In this document: positions 20,178 through 28,931 of the stretch, piece after piece
Layout: every line of letters starts with the position of its first letter
Position numbering within the stretch: position 1 is the first letter of the stretch
DNA from: a virus
Virus record (IMG/VR): IMGVR_UViG_3300020370_000023
Location: 1 to 28,978 of that record
Length of the DNA: 28,978 nucleotides
Direction: 5' to 3' (one strand)
The notes under the pieces: generated by a model
What the model was told of the DNA's origin: nothing
Databases searched by the model: none
What the model saw: the letters and a program-made list of their open reading frames with translations, nothing else
Position numbers and translations under genes: made by a program

Positions 20178-22882
20178 TGAGTGTACAACTAATATTATAT
20201 CCGCAAAGTTATAATGGCTTAAATTCCTTATCAGGAGCAGGTACAGAGCATATTATTGATGGCATTGATTTTAATACTATAACTACTGCACCTTTTTCAG
20301 CATCTTTAGCAATACCAACAATTACTACTGCTGCTAATACTATAATACCAACAATGGTCATTAATTCTTGGTACACTTTTTCGCATGATTTAGTAGCACC
20401 TATTGAAGCAGCAGGTACAGTTTCTATTACAACCTCACAAGGTATAATGCAGAAATTGTCAAACCTTATAGTTGGGCAATTATATGATGTTGAAATAATA
20501 ACATCTGTTGCAACCAATTTAACCTTATATGTTTATTCAGGAACTAACCAACAAAACGCAATACCTGTTTCAGTAGTGGGTACTAATAATTTGCAATTTA
20601 CTGCAACATCTACTAATAATGTAATAATACTACATTCTACAAGTGTTAGTTTTTTAAAGTCAATATCAATAAAGCAAGCTGCTCAAAATCCAAGTGGTGC
20701 TATACAAGACTTAGCAACTGGTCAAGTTATTTGCGACCTTTATGAAGATGAAGATATCCCGTTAACTTTAAGTGTTGATGATTTTAAAAATGTAGCTGAG
20801 CAAGTACAGTCATATTCTAAGGCATTTAACCTACCTGCAACAAAACGAAACAATCAGATCTTTGACAATATATTTGAAGTAACAAGAGATACTAGCGGAC
20901 TAGCTTTTAATCCTTATGTAAGAACACAATGCGAATTAAAGCAAGATGGGTTTATATTGTTTCAAGGTTATCTTAGACTAATAGACATACAAGAAAAACA
21001 GGGAGAAATAAGCTATAATGTTAACTTATATTCTGAAGCTATTGCATTAGCTGACTTATTAGAAAACAGAACTTTTAATGATATTGACTTTTCTGAGCTT
21101 ACTCATGCTTATACATATACAGAAATTAGAAACAGTTGGCAGGGAGCATTAGCATTAACATACCCTTTGCCAGCAGGAACTTATGCAGGAACAGCAGGTG
21201 CTTCTACTACTAATGTTTTAAGATACCCGTTTGTAAATTGGAGTCATAACTTTACTTATAATGCAAGTACAGGGTTTCCAGTATTGCCTAATTTAGAAAG
21301 TGCCTTTAGACCTTTTATTTCAATTAAATATTTAATTCAAAGAATATTTGAGCCAACTCCATTTTCTTTTACTAGCACATTTTTTGATACTGCTGATTTT
21401 GAAAGGTTATCAATGGATTTTAACTGGGGTGGCAATGAGATGCCAGCAGTAGAAAATGAATACAATGGAACTTGGAATTTTGGAGCAGGAGTTACTTCAA
21501 ACATTGGAAACTCAGCATGGAAAGAGTTAAGACTTCTTCCTTCGACTGCTTTAGGTGGTCAACCAATATCAACAGTTCCTCCTAACTATCAGGGAGACCC
21601 AACAGCAGCAAACCCTTATATTATTACTGCAACAACAAATAATGAATTTTATAATATAAATTACACTTTTAGATTAAGAAACACAACAGGAGCGTCCGCA
21701 ACTTATAGCGTAAGATGGTTGCATACAACAGCAGCAGGTGTTACTACTAACATTGATTATTTGCCAAATCTTAGTTTAGCAAGTAATAGTAGTGCAAATT
21801 TTTCAGGTAGTTTTGAAATAGCTTTAAACACTGGAGACACTTTAAGCGCTCAGTTTAATGCTTCATCAAGTATAAGACAAAACGAAATGACTGCCGCAAT
21901 AAGTTCAGTAGTATTTTTAGTGTCTAGTATATCTGTAAATTCAGGAACTTTAAATACTTTAAGAGGTGAAATAGGACAATGGGAGTTTTTAAAAGGAATA
22001 ATGACAATGTTTAACTTAGTGTCAGTACCCGATAAAGATAACCCTAACAACATTATTATAGAACCTTATAAAGATATATTTTTAGAAAACCCAGACTCAA
22101 CTAAATTAGACTGGACAGATAAAATAGATATTGAAGAAATTAAACTAACACCATTAACAGAATTAAACAAAAGCACAATGTTTAAGTTTGTAGAAGATGA
22201 TGATGACTACGCTTTTACACAATATAAGATAGGGGTACAGAATCATTTGTACGGAAGTCAGTTTTTTGATGCTACTACAAGTTCTAATAACCTGCCTACA
22301 ATTTTAACAGGTGAAGAAGAGATAATTCCTGAACCATTTGCAGCAACAGTACCTAGACCATTAATGAATCAGTTTCCTGACTTTATTGTGCCTACTATTT
22401 ATTCTTATAATGCAGATGATGGCACTTCAGAGCCTTTTGACAATAGTCCTAGAATAATGTATAGAAACTATCATGGTTCAACAGGGGTACAAACATTGAC
22501 TAGCTGCACTTATTATGTGCCTAATCAAAACGGAGTTAGTGGGGATGCAACAGAAGATGAATTTCTACAATTCAGTCATTTGACAGATATACCAACAACA
22601 TTATCAACTACTGATTTTCATTTTGGTATTTGTCAGCTTATACAACCAATAGGCAATCCAACAACTAATAATTTATTTAATACTTATTGGCTACCTTATC
22701 TAAATGAGTTATACAATCCTGATACAAGAACAATGTCACTTAAAGTAAATTTAACTTCAGGTGATATTAATACTTTTAAATTCTTTGATACTGTATTTAT
22801 TAAAAACAGAGAGTTTAGAGTAAACAAGATAGACTATAAACCAAACGATTTAGCAACAGTAGAATTTATACTTATACCATAA
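20177..22882 (+). CDS. Large tail/baseplate protein (host-recognition apparatus)
   Basis: At 901 aa it is the largest ORF in the window. It has beta-rich composition and is start/stop-coupled to both neighbours. Confidence 0.5.
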   Translation: MSVQLILYPQSYNGLNSLSGAGTEHIIDGIDFNTITTAPFSASLAIPTITTAANTIIPTMVINSWYTFSHDLVAPIEAAGTVSITTSQGIMQKLSNLIVGQLYDVEIITSVATNLTLYVYSGTNQQNAIPVSVVGTNNLQFTATSTNNVIILHSTSVSFLKSISIKQAAQNPSGAIQDLATGQVICDLYEDEDIPLTLSVDDFKNVAEQVQSYSKAFNLPATKRNNQIFDNIFEVTRDTSGLAFNPYVRTQCELKQDGFILFQGYLRLIDIQEKQGEISYNVNLYSEAIALADLLENRTFNDIDFSELTHAYTYTEIRNSWQGALALTYPLPAGTYAGTAGASTTNVLRYPFVNWSHNFTYNASTGFPVLPNLESAFRPFISIKYLIQRIFEPTPFSFTSTFFDTADFERLSMDFNWGGNEMPAVENEYNGTWNFGAGVTSNIGNSAWKELRLLPSTALGGQPISTVPPNYQGDPTAANPYIITATTNNEFYNINYTFRLRNTTGASATYSVRWLHTTAAGVTTNIDYLPNLSLASNSSANFSGSFEIALNTGDTLSAQFNASSSIRQNEMTAAISSVVFLVSSISVNSGTLNTLRGEIGQWEFLKGIMTMFNLVSVPDKDNPNNIIIEPYKDIFLENPDSTKLDWTDKIDIEEIKLTPLTELNKSTMFKFVEDDDDYAFTQYKIGVQNHLYGSQFFDATTSSNNLPTILTGEEEIIPEPFAATVPRPLMNQFPDFIVPTIYSYNADDGTSEPFDNSPRIMYRNYHGSTGVQTLTSCTYYVPNQNGVSGDATEDEFLQFSHLTDIPTTLSTTDFHFGICQLIQPIGNPTTNNLFNTYWLPYLNELYNPDTRTMSLKVNLTSGDINTFKFFDTVFIKNREFRVNKIDYKPNDLATVEFILIP

Positions 22883-23736
22883 TGGCAACACCTTATTTAA
22901 ACGGATATACAATTAAACCTGCTTCAGTTAATGCAATAGGACTGGTAACATTTACTGATGGCACTAATGATGTTACGCCTAACCAACAACAATGCGAAGC
23001 GTATGGCTATACTTATGATAAAGCAACAGGGACTTGCAAGGCATTTACATTTAGTAATAATTTAGGTAGGAATATAAGAAACGAAAATAACAATATACAG
23101 GGTGTTGGTAATAAGACTGAAACAGGTACTAACAACACCTATATAATGGGAGAAAGCAATACTGTTAAAGGTATGTCAAGAAACAACATTATAATAGGTA
23201 CAAATAACGAAATATCTAATAGTGTAAACAACTCGTTTATCTATGGAAATAAAGCAAACTCAATAGCTGACAACTCAATAGTATTAGGTGGTAATAACAG
23301 TTCAGATATATTAGGTAAAAGACAAAACACTACTATAATTTATGGTGGGGCTACTGAAGATGGTTCAGCAACAGATGCTTATTTAAACAATGTAACTGGC
23401 AGTTATTACAAACCTGCAAGTGTTGCTAATAACAGTATTTTATATTTTCAAAGTGAAACAATAGCAGTAAGAGTAGGAGGTATGTCAGCAGGAAGCACTG
23501 GAGACTACAAAGCATGGGTTGAAAGGGGTGTAATTAAAAATGCTAGAACTACATTAAGTATAGACATGAGTAAAACAGCTATTAGTTCAAGTGGTACAAC
23601 TACTGGTTGGGATTTTGAAAGTCAAGTATCTGGTACAGATTATAAACAGTCACTAACAGGAGCTGCTAATACAGAAATAGAATGGGTTTCAACTATTAGG
23701 ATAACAGAAATAAGAACAAGTGTAGATTTAACATAA
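22882..23736 (+). CDS. Tail fibre/spike protein with YadA-head-like 14-residue repeats
   Basis: Consecutive 14-residue repeats of the form xxNxxIxGxxNxxx: NNTYIMGESNTVKG / MSRNNIIIGTNNEI / SNSVNNSFIYGNKA / NSIADNSIVLGGNN. Confidence 0.5.
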   Translation: MATPYLNGYTIKPASVNAIGLVTFTDGTNDVTPNQQQCEAYGYTYDKATGTCKAFTFSNNLGRNIRNENNNIQGVGNKTETGTNNTYIMGESNTVKGMSRNNIIIGTNNEISNSVNNSFIYGNKANSIADNSIVLGGNNSSDILGKRQNTTIIYGGATEDGSATDAYLNNVTGSYYKPASVANNSILYFQSETIAVRVGGMSAGSTGDYKAWVERGVIKNARTTLSIDMSKTAISSSGTTTGWDFESQVSGTDYKQSLTGAANTEIEWVSTIRITEIRTSVDLT

Positions 23737-23742
23737 AAAGAT

Positions 23743-25131
23743 ATGGCAACTAAAGAAGTTTTAGAAATGGAGATTAAAAGTAACACAGGAGAGGTTACTA
23801 AAGATGTTGAACAATTAGACAAAGCAACTGACAAAGCAGCAGGGGGTTTTGGTGGCATAAGCAGAGCTATTAAAGGCGTAGGAACTGCTATTAAAGCAGC
23901 AGGTATAGGTCTAGTAGTTGGTTTATTTGTTAAAATGATGGATGTTTTCAGGCAAAATCAAAAAGTTTTAGATTTTTTTAATATAGCTATGGAGTCTTTA
24001 AGTTTAGCTTTTAATGATTTATTTAAATTTATTGATAATAATATAGGCGTTATTACAAGTCATTTAAAAGCATTATTTACTGACCCATTAGGAGAATTAT
24101 ATAAATTAGGTCAGGGGCTACAAACATTTTTTATAGATAATCTTGGTGGCGTTATTGATTTTTTAGGCTCTCTTGGTAAATTAATAGCAACAAATCCTAT
24201 AACAAACCCAAAATTATTTGCTAAAAATTTAGCAGAAGTAAGTATATCAGCACAAAAGGCAAAAAAAGATTTAACTACTGTTTTTGATGAAATTACAAAC
24301 TCAGTAACTAATTATACTAAAAGTATTGTAGATAATGCTAAACAAACAGTTACACTTAGAAAAGAAAGTGAACTAGCAGCAGTTAAGGTTCAGGGGTTAA
24401 TAGAAGAATATGACAGGCAAGCTGAAAAACTTAGACAAGTTAGAGATGATGAAAGTAAAACTTTTGAAGAAAGAATAGAAGCAAATAATAAGTTAGGTGA
24501 AGTTCTAAAAGAGCAAGAAAGAGAGATGCTTAAATTAGTTGACATTCAAATTGCTTCAGCACAAGCAGATTTAGACAAAAATGATAGTCTTGAAAATCAA
24601 ATAAGATTACAACAAGCATTAAATGAGAAAAAAGCAGTACAAGCTCAAATAACTGGTTTTGAATCAGAACAATTAACAAATAACATAGCTTTACAAAAAG
24701 AGCAACAAGCAGTAGCACAAGAAAATGCAGATGCACAAATAGAAGCTTTTTCTAATCTTGCAGGATCATTAAGCGCATTAGCAGGAGAAAATAAAGAATT
24801 AGCAGCAGCAGGAGCAATTATAGACACTTATGCAGGAGCAAACAAAGCATTTGCACAAGGTGGTGTAGCAGGTTTTGTTACAGGAGCAGCTATTATTGCA
24901 GCAGGTTTAGCTAATCTAAAAAAAATATATGAGACACCAGTGTCAGGTAGTAGCGGTGGATCAGTTGGAGCAGGTGCTATTGCTCAACCTCCTGCACCTC
25001 AAATGATGTCAGGAGCGTTCCAATTAAGTGGGGGTCAAGCACCTGAAGCTATGAGAGCTTATGTAGTAACAGATGAAATGACTAACAGTCAAAATCAACT
25101 AGCCAATATTAGAAGAAGAGCTACAATTTAA
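23743..25131 (+). CDS. Tape-measure-like / ejection protein (coiled coil plus Gly/Ala-rich hydrophobic segments)
   Basis: 462 aa with hydrophobic segments (GVGTAIKAAGIGLVVGLFV; AGAIIDTYAGANKAFAQGGVAGFVTGAAIIAAGLA) and long Q/E/K/L coiled-coil stretches. Confidence 0.45.
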   Translation: MATKEVLEMEIKSNTGEVTKDVEQLDKATDKAAGGFGGISRAIKGVGTAIKAAGIGLVVGLFVKMMDVFRQNQKVLDFFNIAMESLSLAFNDLFKFIDNNIGVITSHLKALFTDPLGELYKLGQGLQTFFIDNLGGVIDFLGSLGKLIATNPITNPKLFAKNLAEVSISAQKAKKDLTTVFDEITNSVTNYTKSIVDNAKQTVTLRKESELAAVKVQGLIEEYDRQAEKLRQVRDDESKTFEERIEANNKLGEVLKEQEREMLKLVDIQIASAQADLDKNDSLENQIRLQQALNEKKAVQAQITGFESEQLTNNIALQKEQQAVAQENADAQIEAFSNLAGSLSALAGENKELAAAGAIIDTYAGANKAFAQGGVAGFVTGAAIIAAGLANLKKIYETPVSGSSGGSVGAGAIAQPPAPQMMSGAFQLSGGQAPEAMRAYVVTDEMTNSQNQLANIRRRATI

Positions 25132-25135
25132 AAAT

Positions 25136-25167
25136 CAAATAAATATTAATTAAATCTATTATATAAT
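25136..25167 (+). promoter_or_regulatory. Late promoter-like bipartite element, copy 4
   Basis: CAAATAAATA (25136-25145), N9, then TCTATTATATAAT (25155-25167). The ATG at 25168 abuts it. Confidence 0.6.
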
Positions 25168-25653
25168 ATGCCATGTACTAAGTGTAAAGATGGGAAATAC
25201 AAATGGGGGGAAACTGGAGAGTGTAAATACGACTCAAAAGAATCTTGTGAAAAAGCTAATCCTAAAAAATACAATAAGATGAGACCAACACCACTAGGAA
25301 AGAAGTCGTATGAAGAATACGAAAAAGAATTAAAAGAATTTAACTTGAGTAAAGTTGAAAGAGTTGAGTTGGCTATAATAGATGATATAAATAAACCTTT
25401 AGACAAAGCTATGAGTGATTTTGGCAATATAGAGGTAGGATTGTTTAAAGCAGAAAATACTGCTGTTGCAGCAGTTGGCAATTATGAAAAAGCTGCAAGA
25501 GAAGCTGCTAAAGGAGTAAAAGCAGCAAAAGAATTAGGAGTTAGTTCAGATATAGTTAAATTGTTTTCTACTAGATTAAATGAAGCAGAAATGGGGGCAA
25601 AAGATGCTTCTAATATAGCAAAACAAATTCAAAACATTATTTCAAAATTATAA
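25168..25653 (+). CDS. Cys-rich small protein sharing a C-terminal module with the prohead protease (candidate head-internal/scaffold-associated protein)
   Basis: N-terminus MPCTKCKDGKYKWGETGECKYDSKESCEKA. C-terminus VELAIIDDINK...KAAKELGVSS, paralogous to residues 209-278 of the next protein. Confidence 0.55.
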   Translation: MPCTKCKDGKYKWGETGECKYDSKESCEKANPKKYNKMRPTPLGKKSYEEYEKELKEFNLSKVERVELAIIDDINKPLDKAMSDFGNIEVGLFKAENTAVAAVGNYEKAAREAAKGVKAAKELGVSSDIVKLFSTRLNEAEMGAKDASNIAKQIQNIISKL

Positions 25654-25662
25654 TAAGATAAT

Positions 25663-26589
25663 ATGAAAGAAACTAAAATAGTAGAATTAGTAATAGCAGA
25701 TGATAGTCAAGAACTAGCTATTGATGCTATTAGCTTAGTAAACTCTCCAGCAATAGAGCAAGACTTCGTTTTCTTTGGCAAAGAGAAAAACAACTTGACA
25801 TTTGCAAAGGTAGATGAAGAAAAGCGTATGCTAGTATCTCCAGCTTTAATACCTAATAAGCAGATATTTAGATATGATCCAAACACCGACTCTGAGTATT
25901 ATGTATATTTTAGTCCTGATACAGTTAGAAAAGCTAGTGAGTTATATTTAAAGCATAACAACCACCATAAAGCAACTTACGAACATAAAGATAGAGTGTC
26001 AGGAGTTCTAACAGTTGAATCGTGGATTAAGGAAGGAGATAATGATAAGTCAAAAATGTTTGGCTACGACTTGCCTAACGGAACTTGGTTCGTTAAAATG
26101 AAGATTGAGAATGATGAACTTTGGAATAAGATAAAAGAAGGAGAGCTTAAAGGATTATCAATTGAGGGGTATTTCGCTAATAAATTTGAACAAATGAATA
26201 AGAAACAACCAACAACAGAACAAATACTATCAGCTTTAAATGAGATAATACAAGAATCTAAAAAGACTGAACTAAAAGCAGAAAAGGTTGAATTAGGTTT
26301 AGTTGATGATATTGAAAAATTACATAAAGAAGCTTCTAAATTAAGTAGTGAAGCAAATGGCTCAGGATTAAGTGCAGTAAGAAAAGCAATACAAAAAGCA
26401 GATAAAGATTTTACTCAATTATCAAGAAAATCTGAAGATGGTATAGATAAGGCAGAAAAGTTTATTAAAGCAGCAAAAGAACTTGGAGTAGATTCTAAAC
26501 AGGTTCAGGGTTATCTTAACAACTTTAAGAGTTGGGAAAATGATGCAGATTATTGGATAAAACAATTAAATGCTGATCAATATAACTAA
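25663..26589 (+). CDS. XkdF-like prohead protease (Peptidase_S78_2-type) with a C-terminal extension
   Basis: AISLVNSPAIEQDFVFF...MLVSPALIPNK...YFSPDTVRKA...HK...ESWI...GTWFVKMKIENDELWNKIKEGELKGLSIEG matches the XkdF-family layout. Confidence 0.7.
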   Translation: MKETKIVELVIADDSQELAIDAISLVNSPAIEQDFVFFGKEKNNLTFAKVDEEKRMLVSPALIPNKQIFRYDPNTDSEYYVYFSPDTVRKASELYLKHNNHHKATYEHKDRVSGVLTVESWIKEGDNDKSKMFGYDLPNGTWFVKMKIENDELWNKIKEGELKGLSIEGYFANKFEQMNKKQPTTEQILSALNEIIQESKKTELKAEKVELGLVDDIEKLHKEASKLSSEANGSGLSAVRKAIQKADKDFTQLSRKSEDGIDKAEKFIKAAKELGVDSKQVQGYLNNFKSWENDADYWIKQLNADQYN

Positions 26590-26593
26590 AAAT

Positions 26594-26625
26594 CAAATAA
26601 ATAAATAACTATTCTATTATATTAA
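26594..26625 (+). promoter_or_regulatory. Late promoter-like bipartite element, copy 5
   Basis: CAAATAAATA (26594-26603), N9, then TCTATTATATTAA (26613-26625). The ATG is at 26636. Confidence 0.55.
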
Positions 26626-26635
26626 AAAAGAACCT

Positions 26636-27331
26636 ATGGACATTAAAGAACAAATATTAGTAGCACTTGGCTTAAACAAAGCCGAAGATGAAATTAAATT
26701 AGCTTGGCAAGCAAAGTCAGAAGATGGCACAATCTTTGTTTCTACTGCTGAAGAATTAGAATCAGGCGTGGACATATCAGTCCTTACTGAAGATGGTACA
26801 ACAATACCTTTGCCTATTGGCACTTATAAGACTGCTGAGGGAGTTTCTTTCAGAGTTGAAGAAGAAGGTGTAGTATCTGAGGTTATGGAGTCAGAAACAG
26901 AAGAAGAGGTTGAAGCATCTGAAGAGGTTGAAGAAATGGCTAAAGAAGATGACTATGATGAAGAAGCTGATGTAGCAGACTGGCAGGGTATGGAAAAGCG
27001 TATCAAGAACTTAGAAGATGCAGTTAGTGATCTTAAAAGACAAATAGGAGAAACAGGAGATGTAGAAGAAATGGCTGAAGAAGTAACTGAGCCAGGAACA
27101 AATCCTAAATCAATTAAAACTACTGAAGTAGTTGAATTTTCAGCAGAAGAAGAGTTAGAAAAACTTAAAGCTGAAAATGAAAAACTTAAAACGGAATTGG
27201 CAGCTAGTCCTGCTGATGCACCGATTAACACAAATAAATTTAGTTCTGACAATGCAAGACCTGTATTGTCAAGAAGAGAATACAATAAGCTTTCAAAACA
27301 AGAAAGATTTTTATACAATTTAAACAAATAA
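26636..27331 (+). CDS. Acidic coiled-coil protein, scaffolding protein candidate
   Basis: 231 aa with very acidic stretches (ESETEEEVEASEEVEEMAKEDDYDEE) and coiled-coil segments. It lies between the protease and the capsid gene. Confidence 0.5.
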   Translation: MDIKEQILVALGLNKAEDEIKLAWQAKSEDGTIFVSTAEELESGVDISVLTEDGTTIPLPIGTYKTAEGVSFRVEEEGVVSEVMESETEEEVEASEEVEEMAKEDDYDEEADVADWQGMEKRIKNLEDAVSDLKRQIGETGDVEEMAEEVTEPGTNPKSIKTTEVVEFSAEEELEKLKAENEKLKTELAASPADAPINTNKFSSDNARPVLSRREYNKLSKQERFLYNLNK

Positions 27332-27353
27332 TAATAATTAAAAAATAAAAAAA

Positions 27354-28286
27354 ATGGCATTTAATGTAACATCAAATTTTGCGGGAAAAGAAGCGGGCGG
27401 CTATCTAGCGGCTAGTTTAAAAGAAGCAAGGTCGTTAGACTACTTAACACAAATTAATAATGTTCGTTATAAGAGCAATTTGCAAACTATGGCGGGCACA
27501 TCATTATTGGTGGACAGCACATGCGACTTTACTGACGCGGGTACTCTTGCTCTTACTGAGAAAGTACTTGAAGTAAAGCCACTACAAATAAATATTGACT
27601 TATGCAAAAATAACTTAGTTTCATCATGGGAATCTTTACAGATGTCAGGAGCTTACGCTACACCTCCACCATCATTTGAAGACTATGTAATCTCTTACAT
27701 GGGCGGAATTATTGCTGAAGGGGTTGAAAACTCAGTTTGGAGTGGAGTTACTGCTACAACAGGTGAGTTTACAGGATTCTTAGGAACAGCAGTAGGTTAT
27801 TTACTACCAGGAGTTGACGCAACAGTTATTCAATCAACTGCTTCAGGTGCTTACTCAGCAGCTAACATAATTGCAAACTTACAAACTTTAACTGCTGACA
27901 TGGCAGCTAATGTACCTGCAATTTTAGGTAAAGAGGACTTGCATATATACATGAACAATAAAACTTATGCTTTCTATATTTCAGCAGTATCTACATTAGG
28001 ATATGTAAACGCTTACAACATGAATGGTGATTATGAGCCAGTATTTGAAGGGTACAAGATTGCAGTTTGTCCAGGTATGCCTGACAACCAAATGGTAGCG
28101 GCTCAAAAATCTAACTTATTCTGGGGAACAAATCTAGTGGATGACTTTGGAGATGTTGGAACAGGAGTTAGAATAGGTTTAATGGACATGGCGAATCTTG
28201 ACGGTTCAGATAACATGAGACTTGTAGCTAGATTCTCAGGAGGTGTTCAAACAGGAGTTGGAGCAGATATCGTAAGACAATCGTAA
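27354..28286 (+). CDS. Major capsid protein (HK97-fold type)
   Basis: 310 aa, following the protease and scaffold. It has ordinary, non-biased composition and is followed by the strongest terminator in the genome. The N-terminal region (NFAGKEAGGYL...) looks like known MCPs. Confidence 0.65.
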   Translation: MAFNVTSNFAGKEAGGYLAASLKEARSLDYLTQINNVRYKSNLQTMAGTSLLVDSTCDFTDAGTLALTEKVLEVKPLQINIDLCKNNLVSSWESLQMSGAYATPPPSFEDYVISYMGGIIAEGVENSVWSGVTATTGEFTGFLGTAVGYLLPGVDATVIQSTASGAYSAANIIANLQTLTADMAANVPAILGKEDLHIYMNNKTYAFYISAVSTLGYVNAYNMNGDYEPVFEGYKIAVCPGMPDNQMVAAQKSNLFWGTNLVDDFGDVGTGVRIGLMDMANLDGSDNMRLVARFSGGVQTGVGADIVRQS

Positions 28287-28297
28287 TAATACAAAGT

Positions 28298-28323
28298 AGG
28301 GGGCGTAAAAACCCCCTTTTTTT
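28298..28323 (+). terminator. Rho-independent terminator after the capsid gene
   Basis: AGGGGG (28298-28303) / CCCCCT (28312-28317), an 8-nt loop, and a T7 run at 28317-28323 whose first T closes the stem. Confidence 0.8.
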
Positions 28324-28343
28324 AACTTTTAAAACAATAAAAT

Positions 28344-28931
28344 ATGGCATGTACAGCACTTAGCAAAGGTAGAGGACTTGACTGTAACCGAATTTCAGGA
28401 GGTGTTAAATATATTTATTTCTCAGTATATGATGATTTTGCAAGATCTGACTGGGCTTATGCTTCAGGTACAGAGGGAGAAATAGACACTATTAACTTCC
28501 AAAGTTCTACAATATATAGATATGCAGTGCCAAGAGGTTCTACAACCGCAAACGAGAGTCTTACAGGCTCAGTTGAAAATGGTACTCTTTTTTATACACC
28601 TACTGTAAATATGGTTATAAACCGACTTACTAAAGAGGATCAAAATCAGATTAAACTTTTAGGACAAACGCAAGTTAGAATATTTGCACAACTTAATGCG
28701 ACACACCCTGCAACAGGGAATGATGTAATAATCTGTATGGGGATGCACAACGGTATGTCAATGAACGCAGGAACTGCTGATAGTGGTGCTGCATTTGGAG
28801 ATAGAAACGGATATACTTTAACTTTTGATGGGTTAGAAGCACAACCTTTTGCTATGTTAGAAGATGTAGCAGCAGGAGGGGCACCTTTTTCTAATGCAGG
28901 TATTACAGGTTTAAGTATAGTTACTTCTTAA
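28344..28931 (+). CDS. Major tail (tube)-like protein
   Basis: 195 aa directly after the MCP gene. The pattern GGVKYIYF...ESLTGSVENGT...GDRNGYTLTFDG resembles siphovirus tube proteins. The last 30 nt are duplicated at nt 1-30. Confidence 0.45.
   Translation: MACTALSKGRGLDCNRISGGVKYIYFSVYDDFARSDWAYASGTEGEIDTINFQSSTIYRYAVPRGSTTANESLTGSVENGTLFYTPTVNMVINRLTKEDQNQIKLLGQTQVRIFAQLNATHPATGNDVIICMGMHNGMSMNAGTADSGAAFGDRNGYTLTFDGLEAQPFAMLEDVAAGGAPFSNAGITGLSIVTS

Noticed and set aside
25146-25481. A 111-aa minus-strand ORF that spans the 25132-25167 intergenic region.
   Set aside because: It is antisense to ORF 25168-25653, which has a paralogous module in the protease and a start abutting a conserved motif. 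The minus-strand product has no recognisable features and would run into the promoter-like element.
26881-27085. Repeated GAAGAGGTTGAAG and GAAGAAATGGCT(A/G)AAGAAG strings, considered as tandem DNA repeats.
   Set aside because: They are in-frame acidic peptide repeats (EEVE, VEEMA[KE]E) within the scaffold-like ORF. This is low-complexity coding sequence rather than a DNA-level element.
501-27360. All minus-strand ORFs in the track: 501-713, 3665-3862, 6507-6779, 14083-14331, 14336-14545, 15709-15954, 16636-16827, 16755-16967, 20209-20517, 21850-22053, 23640-23858, 24530-24736, 24645-24827, 26617-26823 and 26953-27360.
   Set aside because: Each lies almost wholly antisense within + strand ORFs. 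Most of those + strand ORFs have recognisable protein motifs and the others are well supported (26617-26823 overhangs the ATG at 26636 by only 19 nt). Their translations are low-complexity (Leu/Ser/Ile/Phe-rich), as expected from reading AT-rich coding DNA backwards. None has its own intergenic space, promoter or terminator.
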